Below, piece after piece: positions 34,762 through 46,057 of a stretch of 59,825 nucleotides of DNA. Origin of the DNA: Cyanophora paradoxa CCMP329 (Eukaryota > Plantae > Glaucophyta); assembly GCA_004431415.1 (NCBI GenBank), contig QPMI01000307.1, positions 1 through 59,825 on the forward strand. The letters run 5' to 3'. A program made the position numbers and the translations under genes. Numbering within the stretch: the first letter of the stretch is position 1; each line of letters starts with the position of its first letter. The notes under the pieces were generated by a model. That model was given only the letters and a program-made list of their open reading frames with translations, was not told the origin of the DNA and did not search any database.

Positions 34762-37700
34762 CTAGAGGGAGGGCCCGGCGCCGCCGCCGGGGACGCCGCA
34801 CTCGGCGAGGAAGGGGCGCGTGGAGGGGTCCCGCCCCAGCAGCGCCCGCAGCATCCCCCGCGGCTCCCGCGAGCCGCCGGGCGCCAGGATCTCCCGCCGG
34901 TACCGCTCCCCGGCCTCCCGGCTGAGCGGGTCGGCGGCGAAGACGGTGTGCCAGATGTCCGCCCCGAACACCTTCGCGAACACGTAGCTGCGCCGCCCCG
35001 CGTGAGGCCCGCGCGGGGGGCCCCGGGGCGGCGGGCCGAGGCGAAGGGCGGGCGGGCCTGTAGTAGGAGGCGCCGTAGGAGACGAGGTGGCCGAACTTGG
35101 TCTGCCACGCCGTCCCCTCCACGTGCGGCACGTTCGTCAGCGCGTTCTGCGCGCGGCCCGTTAGCAGGGCGGTTGAGGGCGCGTGGGGGCGCGTGGCGGG
35201 CCTGGAGGTCGCGGAGGGTGGCGGTGGTGTCGGGCGGGCTCGCCGCCCCCGCCTCCTCCCCGAAGTAGCGCAGGTCCAGCACCGACTGGAACACCTGCCC
35301 CGCCCCCGCCTCGCGCCCGAGGAGCGGGGCCGGCGGGGGGCGGGGCGGGGCGGGCGGGGCGGGCCTGGGACTGGGTCTCCATGGCGGAGAACATGGACTT
35401 GGACTCGCGCAGCTTGGCGACAAGGGCGCGGGGGATCGCCTCCCCCGTCCGGTGGTGCCGCGCGAAGGCCCCCAGCGCCCGCTCGTCCCAGCAGAAGTAC
35501 CTGCCCGGGCCGTCAGGCGAGGACGAAGCGGAGGAGGGGGAGGGGAGGGGCCGAGGGGGCGGACTCCATGAGGTGGGAGGGGGTCTCGACGAAGTCGGAG
35601 GCGCAGCGGGTGCCCGAGACGTGCTGGAACTCCGTCCGCGAGAGCATCGTGTGCATCGCGTGCCCTGGCCCCCGGATGAGGCCCGAAGCGGGGCGGGGCG
35701 GGGCGGGGCAAGGGGGGTGCGGGAGGGGGAGGGGGTACCGAACTCGTGGAAGAGGACCTCGACCTCGCCGTGGCTCAGCAGCGACGGCCGGTCGGGCGCC
35801 GGCTGCCCGCGGCTCAGCGCGGGGCGCGGGGCGGCGGGGGCGGGGGCGGGCCTGGGGGAAGTTCATGACGAGGGCGATGACGGGCCGCTGGTACTCCCCG
35901 CTCGGCAGCAGCCGCCCGCAACGCACCGTGAAGTGCGCTGCCGCCGCTTGGGCGGCCGCGTGGAGCGGCGGAAGGCGGGCGCCCGCACCGGAGTGGTCGT
36001 ACTTGCCGCGGCGGGGGTACAGGTCGAGGTACATGGTGCCGATGGGGCGCCTGCGCCCGGTCAGAGGGCGCGAGGGGGCGTCGTGGCGCGGAGGGCGCAC
36101 CCGGCCTCGTCCTGGGCGACGAGCTTGCGCACGGTCGGGTCCCACGCCTCGCCCCGCGCCGCCGGCTCCTGCCCCGCCCTAAGCTGACGCGGCGCGGGGC
36201 GGGGCGGGGTGGGGCGGGGCGGGGGCGGGCCTCGAGGAGGGAGACGCCGAAGAGGCGGGAGGAGATGAGGGAGAGGCCGCGGAGGACGCCGTCGAGGGGG
36301 AAGTAGGCGGCGAGGGCGCGGCCGTCGAGGGCGCAGCGCTCGGCCTTGACGAGGCCCTGGTAGAACGGCCGGTCCCACGCGTGCACCCGCCCGCTCCCCT
36401 CCATCTCCAGCTTCGCCCCCTCCAGCAGCCGCAGCTCCTCGTCCGCCTTGGGCCCGATCTGCGAGCCCGGCGCCCGAGCTCAGGCGGGGCCGGCCGGCGG
36501 GGGGAAGCAGGGACGGGGTGGGGCGGGCCTCGGCGGCGATGCCGCGGAGGAAGGCCTCGAGGGCCTCGGGGCTCCCCGCGAGCTTGTCCGAGACGGCCAT
36601 GTGCGCGTAGCTCGGGAAGCCGAGCAGCCGCGCCAGCTCGTGCCGCGCCCTCATCAGCCGCTCCAGCACCCCCAGGTTCGCCCCCGCGCTGCTGTACCCC
36701 TCCACGTACGCCCGCCGCCGCACGTCCGGGTCCCGCACCCACTTGAGCACCGCCCCCAGCGTCTGCGCGGCCCCGTGCGCCGCGTCGGGCGCGGCGGCGG
36801 CCCGGCGGGGGGGACGCGTACGACGGCGTCGGTGGGGATGTGCACGACGTCGCGCACTGCGGGGCCGGCGTGAGCGAGGGAGGGAGGGGAGGGGGGCCGG
36901 CAAGGGGGGCGCGGCGCGCCGCTGGGGGGCCCCGGTCTCCTGGCGGCGGCGGCGGCGGCGGAGGCGGCGTGGCGGAGGACGGCCTCGGGGAGGGCGCTGA
37001 GCTTCGAGGCCGGGCTCACCGCGATCAGCGCCCTGCGCGGCGCCCGCCTCAGACGCGCCGCGCGGGTCGGGCCGGGGCGGGGCGCGCGGCGAGGAGGAGG
37101 CGTTCTGGGAGAAGAGGGTGCCGAGCTGCATGATCTCGTCCTGGAGGCGCACGAAGCGCTCGTGGCCCTCGGGCCCCAGGTGGATCCCCGACCGCTCGAA
37201 GTCGTGCAGCAGCAGCGCCAGCACCCGCGCCTGCTCCTCCGAGAGCGTCGCCACCACGCGCGCGCTGTCCTGCACCCGCCGCAGCGCGTCGTACAGCGGC
37301 ACGTGCGTGTTCAGCTTCTGCATGTAGTTCGAGAGGTGCGCGTACGCCCCGTGCGCCGCCTCCACGAACTCCGCGTTGTGCACGTTCCTGCTGCCGCCTC
37401 AGCCCCTCGCCTCGCGCCCCGCCCACCGAGGGCGACCGCACCTGCAGAGCTCAGCAGCGTCCACCACGCTGCACAGGCTGGCGGGCGGGACCGGCGGGAG
37501 CATCGGCGTCCACGCGGCGCGGCGCGGCGGGCGGGTGCGGGCGGCGTCACGGGCGTGAGCACCTGTCACTGATCTCGTCCATGGCGCGTATCACCTCGAC
37601 GGACGGCTCCATGCGCTCCAGCTTGTCGATCAGACTCTCGATCTTGGACGACGAGCGCTTAGCCAGCACCTCGAAGCCCTCGGGGCGCCGCAGCTCCGGT

Positions 37701-37858
37701 ATTCCGCAGAATCCGGTGCCGCTCCCATCGTCCGGCGCTGCTGCGGGAGCGGCTGCGGCCCGCTTGGGTCGGTACCCAAGCGACAGCCGCCGGACACCGG
37801 CGCGGCGCGCTGCGGCCGGCGCGATAGCCCGCAGCGCATGCAGCGCGCCGGGAGGCAT
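34762..37858 (-). CDS. MIPEP: Mitochondrial intermediate peptidase (M3 family, Oct1)
   Basis: Arg-rich presequence [19 protein letters not shown]; [97 protein letters not shown] (HEXXH), [12 protein letters not shown]. Confidence 0.95.
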
Positions 37859-37896
37859 CGCTCGGCAGGGCCTGGCTGCGTCGGTTCGGCCGCTTC

Positions 37897-37945
37897 TTTT
37901 TCGGGGGGTACGGTGCAATGTTTTTGCGAACGGGGGTACGGTGCA
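37897..37945. promoter_or_regulatory. Tandem GGGGGTACGGTGCA motifs upstream of the MIPEP start
   Basis: Two direct copies 45-90 nt upstream of the ATG; similar GGGGTAC motifs occur upstream of several other genes in the window. Confidence 0.45.
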
Positions 37946-38772
37946 GGTGGCTGGGAATACACAAGTCCTCAACCCTAGCGAGTTTACTCTTAGCAATAGA
38001 GGGGTACACTCCCCGCAGTGCTGTGAGCTCTGCGTCGCTAGCATGGTCATATGCTAATCTAGTATATGCATACACAACTCGAAATGGGTGCCAAGAAGGG
38101 GACTGCCTCGGGCCTGTGAAAATCCTGAGCGTGAAACTGGGCTAGAGTCCGTAGCAGGCAGAGGGGTACGTGAACTAGGGCTAGTTCGCAACACCTGTCC
38201 TGGGTACGGCAGTCTGGCCTAGGGTACGCGAAGCAGGGGAGAGGCAGGACCAAGGCGCCGTATACATAGGGTAGGGTCGGGTGGGAGAGCTCGAGGCGCG
38301 ACGGCGCACTCGGGGTACAACAACTGAAGAGGGGCGGGCAGTCGTGCCTCGGGTACAGCTGCTCTACGTCTACTCGCGGGTTGACCTAAGTAAACTACTT
38401 TACTATCAATCAACCCTAGCGAGTTTACTCTTAGCAATAGAGGGGTACACTCCCCGCAGTGCTGTGAGCTCTGCGTCGCTAGCATGGTCATATGCTAATC
38501 TAGTATATGCATACACAACTCGAAATGGGTGCCAAGAAGGGGACTGCCTCGGGCCTGTGAAAATCCTGAGCGTGAAACTGGGCTAGAGTCCGTAGCAGGC
38601 AGAGGGGTACGTGAACTAGGGCTAGTTCGCAACACCTGTCCTGGGTACGGCAGTCTGGCCTAGGGTACGCGAAGCAGGGGAGAGGCAGGACCAAGGCGCC
38701 GAGGCGGGCGGCGGCTGCGAAGTGGGCGCCGCGCGCTGGCACCCATGGAGAGAGGTGTGTGATGAATGAAGG

Positions 38773-39759
38773 TCAGCTGGAGGGCACTGCGGCTGGGGGC
38801 GCGTGGCTGCTGGCGAGGAGGAGGCCCCGCGGGCGGCGGACGAGCTCGGGGCGCGCACGGATGTACAGCTGGAAAGCGTCGGACCGCCAGCGGCCGAGGA
38901 GCTGGATAGCGTAGTCAGGGAGGCCGGCCTCGAACGCCGCGGTGGCGGCGCCGATGCGGAAGCTGTGCGGCAGCAGGGGGTCGGCTGCGTAGCCGAGGGC
39001 GTGGAGCCAGTTGCGGAGGGCGGCATGCAGCTCCGAACGGGTCAGCGGCTGGCCGGTGGCGGCATGTGCGAAGATGTAGGCGTCAGGGCGGGCGGGGCCC
39101 GTCCAGGAGAGGGCGAGGGCCTCGAGGGCGCAGTGAGCGCACTCCAGGCCGCCGACATGGGGAATGTCGACGTCACAGCCCTGGCCTCGCTGATCGGTCT
39201 TCGACTTCTTCAGGCGGAGGCGGGCGAAGCTCTCGCCCTCGTCCGTGAAGAAGCGGAGGTCGCGGCGCTGGAAGAGCCGGGCCGGGTCGGGCACAGGGAG
39301 GCGGACAGCACAGACCTCGCTGCAGCGGAAGAAGCCGAAGAAGGCGGTGGAAAAGGCGGCCCAGAGGAGCCGCGTCTCAGGTGACGGGTGGGCGGCTGCA
39401 TACTGGGCGAGGTCACTGAGCTGTCCGCGCGTGATCGGGTCGCGGCGGAGTTTGGGGCGAGGGTCGGCCACGCGGGCGATGCCCTCGAGGAGCCGGGCGA
39501 GGCGCGGCATGGAGCCCCAGAAAGTGCTGAAGCCGGAGTCGACGTGCAGCGACTGCACGGCCGTGATGTACGTGCGGATGGATGGCGGGGCGACGCCGCC
39601 ACGGCGGAAGAGGTGCGCCGCGAAGAAGCAGAGTGTAGCCTCCGACGCCGGCAGGACCGAGCCCTGCCTGTCGTGCAGACCCCGCTGGAGGCAGAACTCG
39701 ATGAACTCGCGCTGCGGGTACGAGTAGCTCCTGCGGGTGCTGGCCGCTAAGCCGGACAT
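38773..39759 (-). CDS. Tyrosine recombinase of copy 1 (intact, 328 aa)
   Basis: Catalytic set R (FFRCSE), K (KSKTDQ), HxxR (HSFRIGAAT), W (LGRW), Y (LYIR). Confidence 0.95.
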   Translation of the reverse strand: MSGLAASTRRSYSYPQREFIEFCLQRGLHDRQGSVLPASEATLCFFAAHLFRRGGVAPPSIRTYITAVQSLHVDSGFSTFWGSMPRLARLLEGIARVADPRPKLRRDPITRGQLSDLAQYAAAHPSPETRLLWAAFSTAFFGFFRCSEVCAVRLPVPDPARLFQRRDLRFFTDEGESFARLRLKKSKTDQRGQGCDVDIPHVGGLECAHCALEALALSWTGPARPDAYIFAHAATGQPLTRSELHAALRNWLHALGYAADPLLPHSFRIGAATAAFEAGLPDYAIQLLGRWRSDAFQLYIRARPELVRRPRGLLLASSHAPPAAVPSS

Positions 39760-42100
39760 GTAGAGGTGCGTGGCGAGGGCGGCAAGGGGTCGATCGACGG
39801 CCAGCAGGCGGGAGTCGGCAAAGAATCCGCTGACCGGTGCAGTCGGCGGAACTGCTCGATCTGGAGGCGGGAGAGGGGGTCGGCCAGGACGTTAGACAGG
39901 CCAGCGATGTGCGTGGCGCGAAACTCGAAAGAGTGGAGGACGGAAAGGGCATAGAGGGTGCGGAGGAGGGTGGCGAAGCCGGGGCGGGGGGAGTAGCCGT
40001 TGGCAATGGCAAGGGCAACCGGCTCGCAGTCGGTGTGGAAGTTAATCCGCCGGCGGTGCCACTGGGGCCCCACGTGGCGGCGGCGATGACGATCGCCATG
40101 AGCTCGCGCCAGGGCATGCTGGCAGGGATGTCGGGGTGGTCGGCCCAGGCGCCGAAGAGCCAGGCGTCGCCAAAGACGGCGCCAAAGCCCACGCCGCTGG
40201 CATCAGTCTCCAGGCGTAGCTCCCGCGAGTCGGCCCAGCGGGCTGAGGCGGGGAGGAGGCGGACGCCGTGCCGCTCGGCAAGCAGGAAGCGCCACCAACG
40301 GAGGTCTGCGTGGAAGCCGGGGTGGAGCGTGGCACGGTGGTGGTCCTCGCGCAGGGCAGAGATGAGACTCAGCACGCGCTGGAGGAAGAAGCGGCCGGGG
40401 GGAATGACGGCGGTGGCGGAGGTGAGGAGACCGGCGAGGGACTGTAGGTCATGCCGGGTGGCGTGCCGCTTTCCCTCCCAGCTGCCGAGGAGCGAGACGA
40501 GGTCCTCGTAGCGGCCGGCCGAGAGGCGCGCCTCCATCGCGTCGGTGTCGAGCTCGATGCCGAGGAAGACGAGGCGGAAGGCGGGCCCCTCCAGCTTCTC
40601 CGCAGCCAGCGGGATGCCCAGGTGGGAGCAGATGGCCTGGAGGGCCTCCATCGACCGTGCACACTCGGCAGTGCCGGGGCGCCCGAGCACGAGGATGTCG
40701 TCGACGTAGCGCAGGAAGAGGACGCCCCCGACGGAGGGCGTGGTCGAGGGCCTGACCGAGGTCCTCGAACGTGCGTGGGGAGGAGCGGCCACCGAATGGG
40801 AGAGCCATGTCGTAGTAGAAGTCGTACGCGCCGGGGCGGGCGGGATCCTCGGAGGGGAGGGCGGCACCCAGCAGCCAGTAGTCCTCCGGGCGGACCGGCA
40901 GGAGCGGAAGGCGTCCCGCACGTCGGCCTTGCCCAGCTGCGTGAGCCGGCCCAGGGAGATGATGAGCTCGATCGCGTCTGCCACCGAAGGGGAGGTGTAG
41001 TGAAGGGAGCATTGTCGATGCCGCGGTTGACGCTGAAGCCGCGAAACCGGGGATAAGATATGTCTGTGATGCGCCGCCACTTGGGTGGGTTGGAGCGCTT
41101 CTTCGGCACGGCGCCGAGTGGCGAGGCGACAAAGGGGCGAAGGGCGGATGCGGGAAAGGGCCGGCCATGCGTCCCGCCGCCCGCTCCTTGGCGACGTCCG
41201 CCCGCACGGCGTCGAGATGTTCCAGCGCCGTGGGATGGGGCCTGTGGACCGCCGAGTAAGGCGGCCCGCGGTAGAGCAGAGGGAAGCCGCGGGTGAAGCC
41301 CTGGGCCAGGCGGGTAGCGAGCGTGGGGTCTGGATGGTCGGCCAGCGCGGCCAGAAGGTTGGGGAGGTGCACCGGCGTGGGCGCCAGTCCCGACGGGAGC
41401 GGGGCGCCGCCGACAGCACTCGTGGGGTAGGTCGGGACAGTCGTGTCGAAAGGGGGGCCAGCGGTTGCTTGCGGATGCGCGTGTGCGCGCGGGCGCGCGT
41501 GCCCGCGGGCGCGGCGGCGTCAGCGACTGCGGAAGTGGGCCGCTCCGGAGTCGAAGAGGCGAAAGAGGACCCGGCGGGAATCGAGCGCGGGTCGGGAGCG
41601 TGGGCGGCGGCGCCGGCGGTCGCTGTGGAAACGGGCCGCTCCGGAGCCGAAGCAGCGAAAGAGGACCCGGCGGGAATCGAGCGCGGGTCGTGGGGGGGGT
41701 CGACGGCGGTCGCCGTGGAAACGCGCCTCTCCGGAATCGAAGCGGCGGAAGTGGACCCGGTCGGACTCGAACTGCGGGTCTCGGAGACAACAGACACGAC
41801 GTCCTGTCCGCTAGGCCGCTGGACGCAACGGCCCGGGACAGCGGACGCCGGTACAAAACCGGGTGCCCGGACGGGCGAAGCCCGGGGGGAAGATGCCGAG
41901 GGGGGGGCGATCGGACTTAGCCGCGGGAGGGCCGCGACCGAGACCGAAGGGGGCGGAGGCGGGGACGGCGGCGATGGGCGCACCGCTGCCGCCAGAGGGG
42001 GCGCCACCGCCTCCGGAGGGCTCCTATGATGCTCCGCGTCGGGCGCGCCGCAGGGAGCGGGAACTGCGGCCGCCTGCGGGGGGTGCTCAGGAAGGGCCGA
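39747..42100 (-). CDS. Pol (reverse transcriptase + RNase H) of copy 1; start uncertain; apparent 1-nt indels
   Basis: PLGAVPKK..WRRITD, GKADVRDAFR, LPFGGRSSP, YVDD, FLGIELD, ETDASGVGFG, WRELMAI, HTDCE, HIAGLSNVLADPLSR. Confidence 0.9.
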
Positions 42101-44082
42101 CGGCGCCGGCGCCGGTGGCGGTACGGCGCGCGCAGTCGGGGTGGTCCCGGCTGTGGCACTGGGCGCAGATGTGGCGCCCGAAGAAGCAGACGCCGTCGCT
42201 GACGGCGTTCTTGCAGATGCCCTGGTTGAAGCACCAACAGATGGCTGGGCTGACGCCGAAGTAGCGCGGGTCCTCGGTGTGCCAGACGGCGCCACGGTCG
42301 AGGGCATCCTGCACGGCCCGGGACCGCGAGCGGCCGGAGCCGGAGGCGGCCCGAGTGTCGCCGCTGGGCGCGGTGCCGGGCGGGGACGCGAGCGCGGCGA
42401 CCGCCGAGGCCGCGGCGGGGCGCGCCGCGGCGCTGGCGCGCGACGCCCGGCCGCCGCCGGCCGGACGGGCGGCTGCATCGACGGCGGCGGCCGAGGCCAC
42501 GATGCTGCCGGCGTGAAAGGGGAGGGGGCCCCCGAGCCCGAGCCCCCCCTCGGGCAGGCTGCGCGCGAGGAGAGCCATGCTGTGGTGGCCAAGGGCGCGG
42601 TACCGGCCGTCGGCGTCCTCGGCGCAGGCGAGGGCGTCAGCAAGGTGATGCTGCACCCACGGGAAGACCCGCTCCCACGGAAGCGTGCGGGCAAGGACGA
42701 TGATCTCGTACTGCAGCCGGGACAGGGCCTCGAGGCGGCGGCAGCGCTCCTCCGCCGGCAGCATGGTGTCCGTGGAGATCTGGAAGGCGAGGAGCTGAAG
42801 GCACAGGAGGAGGTCGGGGAAGGCGAGCTGCTCGCGCTGTGTGCCGGTGCTGGACGAGGCGGAGTGCGCCTGGAGGACCAGCCGGCCCGAGACGGGGTCG
42901 AGGGACACCGCGATGGCGTCCGCGGCGGAGGACGCGAGGCCCGACTGGGTGGCGGAGGGGGAGAAGACGGGGTCTAGAAAGAGCCTACGGAGCTCGAAAG
43001 GCCCCCCCGCCCGAATCGCCGCTACGAGGCGCTCACCGGCCGGGCCTGTGAAGATGCGCGCGGGAAGGGTGCTGACGCGAGCGCTCCCGTCGGTCGAGGG
43101 GGGCGCAGCGCCGGCACCCCCGAACGCGAAGCCGGCCCCTGCGAGCGCCGCCGGCAGGGCGCGCGCCAGCGCCTGCGACACCGCCTGAGAGATATCGACA
43201 TCGGTCTGCGATGTGGGCGGCGGGTCGGCGGCGGCGCCGTGCACGAAGGGGCGGGACGGTGCGCTCCGCGGGACGAATACAGCACCAGGGACGGCGGCGG
43301 TCGCCGTGGGGACGTGGTGGGACAGGGCCGCGCCGGCGGGGTGCCGGGGGCCGGCAGCGGGGCAGGGGCCTCGAGCGGCAGGTGCGTGACCTGGGCTGGG
43401 GCGGGCCGCTGCGCGTGCTCGAGCAGGCTCTGGTGCTGCGCCAGCACCATGCGCTGCTGGTCGACGGCGCTCACGAGGGCGCTGAGGTCGCGCGTCAGGG
43501 GAGCAACCGCTGCCGCGACCGCTGAGGCGGTCGCCTGCTGCACGCTCGCCGCGAGCTGCTGGGTCAGCATCGGGCCGAGCTGTGACAGATCCACCACGGG
43601 GGCCGGCGATCCGGGGCCGGGCAGGACTGCGAGGGGTCCTGCCGGCGGCGCGCGCGAAGCTCGGGCCTCCGGCATGCGAGGTGCGAGCACGGGGGCGGGC
43701 TGAGGCGGCGCGGATCCGGATGCCGGGGTCGACGGCGCGGCCGCGGAACCCCCGCCCGCGGGTGCGGGGGGGCGGCAGCCGCGTGCGAAGTCTGCTGCAG
43801 CAGCCTCGCTGTCGACGCAGGAGGAGCGGCGGGGCCGCCGGGATGCTGCTGCTCGGCCTGCGCGGAGTGCGAGGCGAGCCCTGGCGCAGGGGCGATCCCG
43901 ACGGGCGGCTGCAGATCTGAGGTCGTCTGCAGCTGCGAGCCCGCATCTCCTACCGCTGTAGCTACCGGTGTAGCTGCTGGCGCCTCCGGTTGGCGCGGGT
44001 CGGGAGGTGCACTCTGGAACCGCGATGGTCCCGCCTCCGAGGCTGCGCGAGTGGCCGTGCGGCCACGGGTCTCGACAACCAT
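42087..44082 (-). CDS. Gag-like ORF1 of copy 1
   Basis: Starts MVVETRGRTATRAAS just after A1; coiled-coil segment; C-terminal CWCFNQGIC...CFFGRHICAQCHSRDHPDC zinc finger of the type found in DIRS/Ngaro gag proteins. Confidence 0.8.
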
Positions 44083-44260
44083 GTTGCGTACGGCCGGAAC
44101 GCTCTGCAGAGCTCGAGGCGCGACGGCGCACTCGGGGTACAACAACTGAAGAGGGGCGGGCAGTCGTGCCTCGGGTACAGCTGCTCTACGTCTACTCGCG
44201 GGTTGACCTAAGTAAACTACTTTACTATCAAGAAGCCTGCCCTCTTTCTACTGCATTTAG

Positions 44261-45803
44261 CTAGGCTCGAGGGGGTCGGAGGACGACTAGCACGGGCCAG
44301 TGGTCGGAGAGGACCTGCCCCTTGAGGACCTCGTACCCCGCCCGCTCCAGGCGCACCAGCGGCCGCCGCGCGCCGCCAGCCTCCGGCAGCGACCGCAGCC
44401 CCAGCGCGTAGTCGACTGCCGCGGGGGCGGGCGGGGGTCAGCGGCAGGAGGGGGCCGCGTGCAGCTGCACTGCGGCATGCGCTGCAGGCGCCGTCGCACG
44501 CACTCCGCTTTCCGCTCCTGTTTTCGGGGGCGACCTGCAGGGAGGCGTCAGATGTAGATGGGCTGGGCCCCTCGGGCTGCGGGGCGCGGGCGGGGCGGCA
44601 CCATCGGGTTGGCCCCGACCTCGAAGGTGTAGGGCTCCTCCCCCCCATGGCCCGCCAGGTCCTCCGCGTCCTGCGGGGGTACGCGTCGCCGGGGGCGAGG
44701 GGAAGGGGCGCGGGAGGGGTGCCGGACCAGGCGCGCGAGCATCGCGTGGTACTCCGGCGAGCCGGCCGCGATCTGCGGCGGGCGTCTGGGAGGCAGGGCG
44801 GGGCGGGCCCGGGGGCGCGGGGCGGGGTCGCTGACGTTCATGTCGCCGAGGAGGAGGACGGCGAGCGGGGGCCCGCGGGGCACGTGCCGCCCCACGAAGG
44901 CCGAGAGCGCCGCCTTCAGCTCCTCCATCTGGAGGAGGCCACTCGGCGGGGCGCGCGGGGGCGCGCGGGAGGGGGAGAGGAGCGGGCCTGGGCCTCGCGG
45001 ACGGCGGCCCTGGAGGAGTTGAGGTGCGTGTTGGCGACGACGAGGTGCGGGGCGCGCGCCCACGAGGCCCCCGCCCCCCGCATGTCCATCAGCGTGAACG
45101 TCGCCCCCTTGCCCCTGCGCCCCCGTCGCCCCGGCCCCACCGGCCCGGGCCGGCCGGGGCGAGGCAGGGTGGTGCGCGGCGCACACGATGCGCTCATCGG
45201 TCTGGACGGCGCGGAAGCGGTGCCAGGAGGAGGCGACGGGGCGCACGCGGCCCTCGCGCCACCCGTGGTAGAGCCCGCCCGAGCCGCGCAGCAGCACGCT
45301 CTCGCAAAAGTCGAAGCAACACGCGAGCGCCCTGCCCCGCCGGCGCCCCGCCTCTCAGGCCCCGGAGGCCGACAGGAAGGGTAGGGCGTGAGCGCTGGCG
45401 CGCACCGCTGGAGGGGGCCGGCGCCCGGGACGAGGCCGAGCCAGCCGGTGAGGAGGCGCCCTCGGGACCGATAGTAGTGCGAGATCGCGTGCGTCTTCGA
45501 GAGCGTCTCCTCCAGGCCCTGCAGCTCCCAGCCGAAAACTTCCTGCGCAAGTTATGAGCGCAGAGGAGGATAGATGGATAGATATCAAGCTCGCCTGCAG
45601 CGTGAAGACGTCGGCCGTCTCAGAGATGAAGCTCCCGATCGCCCGCGCCCGCTCCGACTGCCGCTGGCAGTAGCGGTGCCTGGCCATGGTCGGCGGTTTG
45701 CGTACGCGCGTAAACACTGTCCCGCAGCATAGCACCTGTGCGTGCATAGCATAGGCGGTATCAGGAAGCTGTTCAGCGTGACAATTCGAACATCGTCGGC
45801 CAT
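44261..45803 (-). CDS. Endonuclease/exonuclease/phosphatase (EEP) family protein, sphingomyelinase-like
   Basis: MADDVRIVTLN, DVFTLQEVF, SGGL, KGATF, VANTHL, VLLLGDMN, PYTF, RLDYAL, SDHWPV; host-type short introns. Confidence 0.88.
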
Positions 45804-46057
45804 GCCGCGCGCTGGTGCTTCGAACGATAGAAGATGCTTGATAGCAGGCTGCAATAAAGCTGGTTGCGCGCGTCCTTCGGAGCCCAGGCGGACCACAAAG
45901 CGTGTTTGTTGATAGTAAAGTAGTTTACTTAGGTCAACCCGCGAGTAGACGTAGAGCAGCTGTACCCGAGGCACGACTGCCCGCCCCTCTTCAGTTGTTG
46001 TACCCCGAGTGCGCCGTCGCGCCTCGAGCTCTGCAGAGCGTTCCGGCCGTACGCAAC

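Larger units (their letters stand above)
37969..44231 (-). mobile_element. Full-length Ngaro-like (DIRS order) tyrosine-recombinase retrotransposon, copy 1 (6263 bp)
   Basis: Split direct repeats A1 44108-44231, B1 38410-38701, A2 38286-38409, 25-nt spacer, B2 37969-38260. Intronless gag, RT/RNase H and YR ORFs. No methyltransferase domain and no target-site duplication. Confidence 0.93.

Noticed and set aside
37969-38701. LTRs or a CRISPR-like array
   Set aside because: The repeats follow the A1...B1-A2-B2 split-direct-repeat layout, with no TG..CA ends, TSD, integrase or repeat-spacer periodicity.
44261-45803. EEP gene as the APE endonuclease of a LINE or as element cargo
   Set aside because: It has host-type introns, no linked RT in frame, sphingomyelinase-like motifs, and lies outside both A1 termini.
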